Shown here piece by piece: positions 52,574 through 63,120 of a DNA stretch of 64,000 nt. The number at the start of each line of letters is the position of its first letter. Within the stretch, counting starts at the first letter, position 1. A model generated the notes under the pieces. It was not told the origin of the DNA, ran no database searches, and saw nothing but the letters and a program-made list of their open reading frames with translations. The position numbers and the translations under genes were made by a program. Origin of the DNA: Mytilus californianus. Its lineage: Eukaryota. The DNA lies in contig NW_026262581.1 of the NCBI RefSeq assembly GCF_021869535.1, positions 62,558,001-62,622,000 on the forward strand. The letters run 5' to 3'.

Positions 52574-52918
52574 TTATCAATACCCACGCTACGTCAATTT
52601 TTAAAGACCCAAATGTTGCAAAACACTTGTCCTACCTCCATGACAAATATGTTGTTGTCCCCGCAGATAAAGCCCCAAACAACATCGTTTTTGTGTGTAA
52701 ATATCATTACATAAACGGCTTGATAAATGAATTAGGTATTGACAAATCACTTGGAAACTCAGCATATACCCTCACGACACTTACCAAGGGGGAAATCCTG
52801 TATAATCATAGGTCTGTTCTATGTTCCTTTGGAATTTCAACCAAAGATGAAGAACTAGATCTTCCTTCACTATATTGGATACCTGAACTACATAAGTGTC
52901 CTTACAAACAACGTTATA
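52574..52918 (+). mobile_element. Penelope-like family A RT, left part of an interrupted copy
   Basis: LHDKYVVVPADKAPNNIVFVCK...LPSLYWIPELHKCPYKQRY, the ADK and P.LY.IPK.HK signatures of PLE RTs. Confidence 0.9.
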
Positions 52919-54653
52919 AACGTCTATTTCTAGAATAAGAAATAATCTTATCAAAAAAAGTTTTCCTATTTAATTAAATGGTCCTTTGGTAAATCTGAAT
53001 GGAAATATATTTGCTGCAACTCATTTAAAGCCTTCTTCTCTAATGAGAAAGGTAAATAAGCTAGATATACTTACTGGAGGTGTGATGAGATGATCGAAGC
53101 TGTTAATTTTCTTCATGATAATATTTATGTACGTTTCGGCAATAAAGTTTATCGACAGGTTGTAGGTATTCCTATGGGCACCAATTGTGCCCCTTTGATA
53201 GCAGACTTGTTCTTGTATTGTTTATGACCAAACTCAGTAAAGACCCGTCTAAATTGCATTGCATTGATAAATTCAACAACACTTACCGTTATCTTGATGA
53301 TATTTTTTCGTTAAATAATCAAGAATTTTCTAAATATACTGCCAAAATTTACCAAAAGGAACTTACTTTAAATAAATTAAATATAAACGGTAATAACTGT
53401 CATTTCCTAGATTTAAATATTTAAGTTTTACACGGGAAACTCTACGGGAAAATTTACGACAAAAGGGACGATTTTTCGTTTCCTATTGTTAATTTTCCTT
53501 TTTTGGACGATGATGTTCCTTTGGCACCATTTTACGGTGTTTATATATCACACCTCGTTCGCTATGCCCGTGTCTGTTGTGACGTTTTGGATTTCAATGA
53601 ACGTAATCTATGTATTACTGGTAAATTATTAAGTCACGGATTTCGTTACTCCAAGTTACTTAAAACCTTTACTTAATTCTTCCATAGATATAAAGATTTG
53701 GTTTTGAAGTTTGGTTGTACCTGTAGAAAACTTTCAAACGGGAAAACTTATTTTCAAACGGGATAGCACATCCTCATTTTTACGGAGATGTTGTTTACCG
53801 AGCCCGGAAATTTAGAAACGATCCGGGTAAACTTACCGATCCTTTAAGGAAACTTATTCTAAAAGGTTACCAATTCAACACTGTAATTAGATCTTTGAAT
53901 ATTATTTTTATTGGTATTGATATTGATTTGATATCAGTAAATTAAAATCAAACTTAATATTATTTTTATATACATATGCACATCCATGGCTCTACAATCT
54001 GTCGATACCTGTATCTTGGCATTGCACAAGGTCATGTTTTTCTCCGACTGTTTATGACGTCTTTGGATATGTACTGATTGATATTTTAGTCTAAGATGCA
54101 TGATTTTTTTTATTAGTTGTTATTGGCTTTAAACTAGCTGTCAGTAACTGCGAGTACTCTCAGATCTGTACTTACTAGTGTCATTTTATTGTGGGTATGT
54201 ATAAGTACCCGCCCACGTCCACTCTGTTTTGTTAGATGTATTTCTATTTGTATCCATCTGATGAGTTAAGCCTTCTTCAACTAATATTTTTTGGTTTGTT
54301 CTTATGTTGTACTGTTACACCACTGTCCCAGGTTAGGGGGAAAAGGGGGGGATTGGCGCCTTCAAACGAGTTAAAACCCGCCACATTCTGTATGTCCCAG
54401 TCCCAAGTCAGGAGCCTGTAATTCAGCGGTTGTTGTTTGTTGCTGTGTAAAATATTTGTTTTTTGTTCATTATTTTGTGCATAAATTAGTTTGAATTATT
54501 TTACATTTAGGAGTCTTTCATAGCTGACTGCTGTGTGGTTAAGCTCATTGTTGAAGGCCGTACGGTGATCTATAGTTGTTAGTTTCTGTGTCATTTGGTC
54601 TCTTGTGGAGAGTTGTCTCATTTGCAATCATACCACATCTTCTTATTTTTATA
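52919..54653 (+). mobile_element. Penelope-like family B, 5'-truncated copy inserted into family A
   Basis: GIPMGTNCAPLIADLFLY, YLDD (53290-53301) and IYDKRDDFSFPIVNFP. The ORF ends near 53945 with no C-terminal GIY-YIG, followed by a ~700-bp 3' region. Confidence 0.9.
54320..54429 (+). ncRNA. Type-P5 twister motif, partly degenerate, in the family B 3' region
   Basis: P5 CAGGU/GCCUG plus CCACUG/CAGCGG; GGGG-GA; UAA..CCC-GC; P3 ACAU/AUGU; L4 UCCCAAGU. There is one P4 mismatch and an extra AAA after GA. Confidence 0.6.
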
Positions 54654-55695
54654 TTATATTGCTCGGTATTCCAAGTGCTCCACGAAACCTCTTTCTAAAT
54701 CATTTACATAAATTTTATCAGCAATCAAAGCCGGGCTTCATAGTTATGATGAAACTACCTGTTCTAAAGGTGGTGTGAATCGGATGTGGATACAAAAAAA
54801 TTCCAAGATCTTTTAGAGTACATACAATCTAAGACTCTTTCATCTTGCAATAGTATTAAAACATTTGACTTTTCTACACTTTACACCAAGTATTCCCAAT
54901 TCCAAACTAAAGGACTAATTGAAAGAGTTGGTCCTGCTTTATTTCATTACAAAGAACGACCATCGTAGATACAAATATCTTGTCTTAGGGATAAATCGTA
55001 CTTTGTAAAAAAATCACTCTGATTCAAACAAAAAAATCTCTGAAACTGACATTATCAATATGCTTGATTTCTTGATTGACAACATATTTGTTACGCTCGG
55101 AGGATTTGTTCTTCAACAAACAATCAGCATTCCCGTAGGAACCAGCTGTGCTTCTCTTCTTGCCGATTTGTTTCGTTATTCGTATGAGGCTGACTTTGTG
55201 CAGGAACTTCTTAGGAAGAAAGAAAAGAAGTTAGCAATATCTTTTAACGTCAAATTTTGCTATATAAATGATATTCTCTCACTAAATAATTCAAAAATTT
55301 GGTGACTATGTTGAACGCATTTATTCAATCGAACTTGAGATAAATGATAAGACAGATACAGTTAAGCCTACCTTCTATTTTGACTCAAATCTAGATATGG
55401 ACAATAAAGGTCGGTTAAAAACAAAACTTTAGGACAAATGAGATGATTTCAGCTTCCCAACTTTGAACATTCCATTTCTTTCTATGTAGCAGCGCCTGCA
55501 TACAGAGTATATATCTCCCAGTTATACAATATTCCAGTGCTTGTATTTCCTATCATGATTTCCTTGATAGAGGGTTGCTGCTTACAAGGAAGCTATTAAA
55601 CAAAGAGTTCTAAGTGGTGAAGTTGAAATCATCCCTTAGTTAATTTTACGGACGCCATCAAGAGTTGGTTGACCGTTATGGAATATCTGTTTCAT
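54654..55695 (+). mobile_element. Penelope-like family A RT, right part of the interrupted copy
   Basis: YIARYSKCSTKPLSK...FDFSTLYT...IPVGTSCASLLADLF...YIND (catalytic YIDD mutated)...YGRHQELVDRYG, with frameshifts. Confidence 0.9.
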
Positions 55696-58600
55696 TTATG
55701 GGAGCTATGTGACTTTTGTCATGTTTTAACTATCGTACCTCAATGATTCATTGTGACATACAATTTAATTCCTGTTTATACTGGGCGTAGACATTTTGCT
55801 ATGGCGTAGCAATCTTGTTATATTTGAATATGTATACTTAATTCTGCATAACAGTCGATTGTTTTGTATTTGAGGCTTTAGAAATAAGGTGTTCAACCTT
55901 GTCATTTGAGTCTTTGATGCATGTTTATTTCTTCACGTGTTGTATTTAATTAATAAGTACTTACTAAAAATAAATACATAAAGTCCAATTCAAATATTTA
56001 TATTTCATTTTCTTGTCTTTCTTGAATTGAAAGAATCATCCAATTTTAATTTTGAAATTGTCCCAAGTACATTTGTATTGAAATAAATACTAGAAACCGT
56101 ATCATTTAAACATTTTCAGTTTTAATTTTGGTAATTTAAACAGGTGTTTCAGGTCGTAAGTAGCGTCAATGATCTACACTTGGATATGGTTGAAATCCAT
56201 ACAAATTTTATAAATTGGATTCATATTATGACTACGACAAAATATGTTTTTAGCTATTTCAAGATTATTATTTTTTCTCGTACATATTTTACCGTAATTT
56301 GAGTAAGAACAACCACTTTCTTCCTCTAAAAGGGATTTTTATACATTATTACAAGGGCAAAATATATGAAAAAAGTATAGAGAACATTTTCTTTATTATG
56401 ACACAGAATATTTGCGAAGTTTTAATTTCAGTAATCACATTAATGTATATGAACTCGCTCTTTTTACCGAGTCGTCCTAAACATGCATGAAATATTTGTC
56501 ACTGGACCTTAAACAAACACCAATCATCAATATCTTGACCGAGCACTAAAAAGGGCATCTGATTTAGGGTATTATCGTTCAGACCAGATACACTGTCTAT
56601 ACCTTAAATGTAGCAACCTAAACTCGTGCAGTTATTACATATGTTTTGAATTTATTTTCTCTCAAACTGGAATATAACCTCACTGAACGGGCGTTTATTT
56701 GATAATAAAATATGCATATAAAGACAATCACGTGTTGAAAATGTGCCATTCTATGAACATGTCTTTGAACAGTTCAAAGTTAAACCATGTGATATGATAG
56801 TGAGATAGGGCCAAACTCAATTACCCCTTTCAAAGGTTGTCTATGAGACACAATGAGTGTATCCAAACCTTTCAACATGCCCTGAGCGCGAGTTACTCAG
56901 CATGTCTGTATAGTTATACCTCCCGCACAGTGTAATGAACATTCCAAACAAGTAATCACAGGGACTACTGTTGAAATGAAAGCTATCAGGATAATATAGA
57001 TGCTATTTTTCACTTTATTTCCTTACAATTATTTTGAAGGAAAAGTTTTCGAAAGTTTTGATTAAAAAATCGATATGATGACTTGTTTACTGTGTAAACA
57101 GCCAAACATAAGATAGGTTGATATTTGTGTTGTTTTATTTAAAACGATGAAAGTAAATTAATCTTAGTTAGTATACCATCTAGGTGAAAATTCGCTTTTC
57201 TTTTCGTGAATTCCCATTGCCTTTTTTATTACTACATCAGATCAGATAATAATAAGGAAAAGGGATAACAAAATAATCAAAAGTAATAAAAGTAGAATAC
57301 CTTGAATACTAAAATGATGGTGTACAAAATATATTTTGGTGGTAGAGCATCCATTTAAAAAAAAAATAACTAGAAGACAAAAAAAAAAAAACACACACAC
57401 CCACATTGAAATAACGATATAAAAAATATATGTTTTAGTATTACCACTTGGTCGATGGCCCAGGGTTTTCATCTAACAGAAGCCCACTCTTTGATCTTCT
57501 CATGATTTGAAACCATAATTTGTAAGTACATCATAAAACCATTCAAAACATTCTACGCAAGTTAAACATATGGGAATTAATTAAGCACTATTCTAATGTA
57601 ATAATCAAATTCTGATAAAACACTTTGTCAAATAATCGTACCTTTTATGATTGAAATGTTTATTTTTTTAAATGTTATCCAGACTAATGACAATTTCAAA
57701 ACACGAATATTTACTAATTAAGTTATAAAAACTATGTTGTACAATGATATATATTTTTTGGGAATCATACATGACGACTTTTTTTTAAATACTACTGTAT
57801 TCGAATAGAATAAAATATTCATTGATGTTTACTATGTTATTATGGCGTGATGCAAAATTCAAACTTGGTAACAAGACTAATTTATTCACAGAAATTAGGA
57901 TTATTTGCACGTGATCTATGAAAGTATATTTATATGTTAACTGAAGGAATTACAATTCGACTTTGGCCGTTGGTAAGAAAGTATTTCCCTTAGTCATTCT
58001 CCGTTGAATTACGGTAAGTTGTAAAACTATTAGTTTAAAGCGTGAATCAGCAGAAATTAAAATGATCATTCGCAGTAATCTACTTAATTCAGTAAATTAA
58101 AAGTATTTAATGATTACATATTCTGAGCTGTTCTTTCATTTCAAAATATTGCATTGCATTCTTTTGTTTTTGTTTGTTTTTCTTTTCATATGAAAAAATG
58201 ATGCATACTTTTTAAAGTAAGTTCAAATAAATATTGATCCAATTCTGTAAGAGTAATTAATCATTTACAATAACACAAAATACACACAATCATTTAAAAG
58301 TACATTCAGTTCGTTTCAAAATAATCTAAATCATTAATATGCATACTTAAACCCTTGGGACATATGATGATGCACAAACTTTTACATCACATATCAAAAG
58401 AATAGTTTATATGATAAATGAGTTGCCCTTGAGTATGATTAATTCTAAGCCGCCCATGATATGTGAAATTGATTGTAGATCTATCTATTGTGTTTACTGT
58501 TAAAACAGATATATCGTAGCTTATGTTGTATTAGAACAGCGAGTGGTAATCGTTTTTTTTTGGCACTTCGGCATTGTAATTGTTTAAGGTCGTTTTCAAA

Positions 58601-60084
58601 GAAGCAACTGTAAATCTTATGTAAGTTGTGCAGGTTAAGTGACCACAAGAATGTCTTTGAATATCGTTTTGATCAATTTATTTATCTTTTTGATAAACAA
58701 AAATGTATCGGTGATAGTCTTCATTAAGATGATTCACTGGCCTTTCCAGGTGCATGTAAACTCAGTTATAATTTTTTTTTAATTCGAAAAAATAGGCGTA
58801 TATATCACTTACTCATCAACTCCTTCAGTTTTCATTTTATTCTCTTTGCTGATTTACTAACATGGTACTGTGCAATGGGTTGTTTCAAAAATGTTTGAAA
58901 AAAAACAATTATCAACTAAAGACCGCAACCAGTTACCAATGACACTATTGTTATGAGGTCATACATTTTGTATGCCCGCACACTTATATCGTTAATTGTT
59001 ATCAAAATCTGTTCAGATCCCAACCCATAAAACATATATATCTACATGTTTTCTTGTTTGCAATGACAATACCTTTTCAATACTAGAATGTGTTTGGTGG
59101 GCCTTTTCTTTAATGGAGTGACTTCTAAAGATGAAGAGAGGCGAAGGATACCAAAGGATATTCTAAAGATGAAGGGGACACGAAATTTTAGTCCACTAAA
59201 TCAGTTCCCCCTATATATATATATCTTGTTAATACATTTGAGTTTAACATATGTTATTATATCAGAAGTCATGTGCAGGTACCAAACATTAAATTTTAAT
59301 TGTCCCAGAAGATGAAACATTGTTCAGAAATATATACAGGTGTCAGTTTAAAATTGTACGTCAAATCAAGCAGGAAACCAGAAAGAATTGAGACTGTGCA
59401 GGTGCTTCGACAGCGAAACGATATCCTGCTTTGCATGCCTCAATCGCAAAGCACTTTCTGACAGCGTCATTTGCAGTAGGAATTGTCACGACCAGGAACA
59501 TGACAAAGCCGTAAATAATGTCATAGGGACGAAAATGAAAATAAGGAATCTAAGACAAATTTAATGTTTCCATAGTAAGCTGAGACAGATAAACTAGTTC
59601 ATAAATGAACTTAAGATAATCTCAGTCATTTTTCTCGTAAGCAAGTCTAAGTAGAGTGACCAGTACGACTCTAGTCGTGAAATATAACAAGATCATTCTA
59701 GGACAAATTGTATCAGCCGAGAATTGAATATGCACAAGTATAGTACAACTCGGAAGAAAATAGAGTTTATTTGATAGGTAAATACCTTACAACATATGCA
59801 TAAAATGAGATGTGGGTACTTGTAAATGCGACAACGACTAACATAACGAAAAAAGTTCTCTGTTGGACCTTTAAAACATTGGCAGAGAGCATATTTTACT
59901 CTTATCATATGATTTGGATTTAACGCCCTTAACCGAATCAAATGTGTGTACCTCTTGCAAACAAACAGGCGCGTTTACTGACCAAATATAACCGTCGATC
60001 TATCAAAACCAGATTCGTCTGCTTCAGCTTCCAATGAATGGGTTCCAGCTACTGTTGGATTGGAAATGACATGATGTAATATTA

Positions 60085-60560
60085 GGAATTTAGGGGTTAC
60101 ACAAAATATAAATATTGGGAATATATAGATATCGGGAATATAACATAAACATTAAGGGGTTACACAAAATATAAATATTGGGAATGCCATATGACACAAG
60201 CAATTTAGGATAATGTGAGATACAAATATTGAGAATGTAATATGACATTACCATTGTGGATGACATAACACGTTAATATTGGGAATGTCGTATGAAATTG
60301 TCTTTGGAAATGACATAAAACATTTAAGGATTACATAAGATATAGATATTGGGAATGTCATGCGAAATTAAAATTGAAGGAGGACATACGATTTAAATAT
60401 TGGGAATATTATATGATTTTCACATTGAGGTTGATATAAATATTGGGATTTTTTTATCATAAAAAAATTGGGAATGACATTTGATGTAAATATTGGGAAT
60501 GCCATATGATTTTAATATTGAGAGTGACATATGATATAAACAATTGGGTGACATAAAATG
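60085..60560. repeat. Diverged AT-rich minisatellite built on AATATTGGGAATG...
   Basis: More than 10 recurrences of ATATTGGGAAT or variants at irregular spacing. One longer internal near-duplication includes AGGGGTTACACAAAATATAAATATTGGGAAT. Confidence 0.8.
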
Positions 60561-61445
60561 CAAACAGTCACATCGAATTCGACTTTAGGATTTACAGCAG
60601 ACGTCGAGTTGACATCAGTGATTTCTATCAATATTATATTTGGTTCATGTTTCATGCATCTCTTCAAAGGAAAGTCAGTTCAGTTCAACTTTTTCTGACC
60701 TTTAAGGGAAATCTGTATTTCTAACTACTGATTGTTTAGGATTTTTTGTCAATCAGACATGCACAATCTAATTTTTAAAGTTGAGTTCATACAATTCATA
60801 CGCCCGCCGTCTCACTGTGTAAGGAGCAAAGTTTTGCTATCATAAGAAATAAATCCATGAAAATATCATTTGGATCAAATATTAAATATGGAATTGCGCA
60901 ATCCCATTAGGAACTGCATTTTATTTAGAGGTTCAATTGATTCATTGATGTCGCAAGGTAGCTTTGCTAGTTTGCACTTATAACCATACATAGGTCTTCA
61001 GATCTTTCTCCTTTTTTAATCAAACAACAAGGGATGTTTGCCTAACGTGACGAGAGCAATTTAACAATTAATCAAAGATACATCCTGCAGAGTAGGTCGA
61101 GACACTTTTCTGTATTAGGTCAGTTTAGATGAACATGATGAAGAGCGGGAAATTTGGACTGTCGTTGAAGAAAATCTGGTATGTTGGTTACTCTCCTATC
61201 AAAAGACATCGAATTGAACGTTTTCAATCCGAATAGATCTATTAGGCTATTACAGTCATCTAATGTCGTTTATCAGTTAATCGTGTATGCGTTAAAGGAT
61301 TTCAATATTCCGTAAATTCAAATGCATATTTACTTTGAAACCACTGGTGTAGTCTAAACGATAGTTTTATAACTGCATTGGTACAAAATGGAAAAGTTGA
61401 ACCAAAATATTTACGAAGAGACAATATCAATCATAGCAAGTTTAC

Positions 61446-62115
61446 CTTTTAAGCTGAAATGGCCTTAATAGATATTTTCATCACTTGGCGTCCATATTCG
61501 TCGTAAAAATTTTCAAAGATCTTCTCCTCTGAAACTACTAAAACAATTTCAACCAAACTTTGGGTGAATTATCCTTAAGGTATTTGGTATGAAGTTTGTG
61601 TTTTTTCTCTCTCCAGCCAGTCAACAAACATAGAACATAAGGGAGCTACCATTTGATATTTATGGGGGGGGGGGGGGGGGGGGAATTTGAAAAAAATAGG
61701 CAGGACAGGGGTTTTGAGTAAAAAAAAAGGCAGGATGAACAACTTGGCAAAAAAAAGGCAGGATGACAATTAATGTTAAAAAAGTCAGGATAAACTAATA
61801 AAAAAAAAAGGCAGGACCAAACAGAGTGAAAAATAAAAAGGCAGGACAGAGATTACAACTAAAAAAATGCAGGACAAAATTTTTCATCCTAGCCCCCCAT
61901 AAAAATCAAATGGTAGCTCACTAAGGGTAAAATGAATGAACTGTCTTATATCTTGAAAACCACAAAAGATAGAGAAAATTTGCCATGGGCAAAGTTGCAG
62001 GTTGTCAAGATCTATCTATCTCAAATATTCAACAAATGATCTTGTTGCATTGTATCAATTTATTTTTGGCAAAAATGTCAGGTGAGCTATACAGGCTCCT
62101 TGTAACCTCTTGTTT
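61446..62115 (+). mobile_element. HINE copy, interrupted by a MITE
   Basis: CATCACTTGGCGTCC...GATCTTCTCCTCTGAAACTACT matches the reverse complement of 15340-15430. The 3' end CAGGTGAGC...GGCTCC...CTCTTGTTT matches the reverse complement of 14805-14841. Confidence 0.8.
61641..61921. mobile_element. PIF/Harbinger-type MITE, 281 bp, TAA TSD
   Basis: ~29-bp TIRs GGGAGCTACCATTTGATATTTATGGGGGG / CCCCCCATAAAAATCAAATGGTAGCTCAC, with TAA at 61638-40 and 61922-24. Confidence 0.85.
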
Positions 62116-62419
62116 AAATGACTATGTTCCTCTTGCTGCATCCTTTATATGTATGGCGTACATTTCACAACTTGTATGACTTTTAGACTATTATGAGCGT
62201 AACTTTTCATTTTCATAAAACTGTAACTTTTTCAGGGTTACAGTCACAACAATTTGAGTACCCCAAAAACATTTACCGTACTTATCAGTATCTTGTCTGT
62301 AAATTTAAAAATGCTGGTACAAAATAATTATCGGCGAAATGTCTTATTGTAATGTCGTAAAGAAAACTAAAACATTGAAAAATTATATATTTAAACTCGG
62401 GGAGAGTTCTTATATCTTT

Positions 62420-63120
62420 CGTGATATAAAATTGAGAATGGAAATGGGGAATGTGTCAAAGAGACAACAACCCGACCGAAGAGCAGAAAACAGCCGAAGG
62501 CAACCAATGGGTCTTCAACACAGCGAGAAAATCCCACACCCGGAGGCGGGCTTCAGCTGACCCCTAAACAAAAATGTGTACTCGTTCAGTGAAAATGGAC
62601 GTCATACTAAACCCCAAAACATATAAATGAACTGAAATTAAAAAACTTACAAGACTAGCAAAGGCCAGAGGCTCCTGACTTGGGAAAGGCGCAAAAATGC
62701 GGCGGGGTTAAACATGTTTTGTGAGATCTCAACCTTCCCCTATACCTCTAGCCAATGTAGAATAAACAAACACACAGCAATACGCACAGTAAAACTCAGT
62801 TTAAAAGAAGTCCGAGTCCGGTGTCAGAATAGGTAATAATAGAAACTAAGCAAAATGACAATGATGCATAAATTAACAAAGGACTACTAGCAGTTACTGA
62901 TATGCCAGCTCCAGACCTTATTAAACCGATTGAGAGATTATGTCTTCGTCATATGAAAATCAAGCACAATCCCTCCCGTTAAGGGTTTAGTATCATACCA
63001 TCATAAAATATATGAAAAGATATAACCAGTATCATGCCAACAACTGGTTTTAGAATTAATGTGTTTATTTCCGATGCAAAGACCCTATGAGTGAATCAAT
63101 ATTAATACCAAAATATGCTC
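62420..63120 (-). mobile_element. Repeat family D (retroelement 3'-region-like) carrying a twister motif
   Basis: Its 3' end matches 16960-17092, and it shares only the twister core with families B and E. No RT is attached in the window. Confidence 0.75.
62663..62753 (-). ncRNA. Type-P5 twister ribozyme candidate (family D)
   Basis: P5 GGCUAGAGGU/GCCUCUGGCC (10 pairs including G-U); P2 GGGG/CCCC; UAA; T2 GC/GU; P3 GCA-UUUU-UGC; L4 UCCCAAGU. There is one P4 mismatch and a weakened T1 (AGG). Confidence 0.65.

Noticed and set aside
54258-54285. CTGATGAG in family B (also 46611, 26813, 51270) as a hammerhead core
   Set aside because: There is no GAAA after a stem II and no stem III/NUH. The CUGA is better paired in an upstream hairpin (AGAUG/CAUCU).
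52574-55695. Selenocysteine-encoding Naiad (in-frame TGA plus SECIS)
   Set aside because: The stops seen are mixed TAA/TGA with frameshifts, consistent with decay. No TGA at evident Cys positions and no SECIS were recognised.
61690-61890. CRISPR array
   Set aside because: The repeats are only ~12 bp, lie inside TIRs in a eukaryotic context, and have no cas genes.
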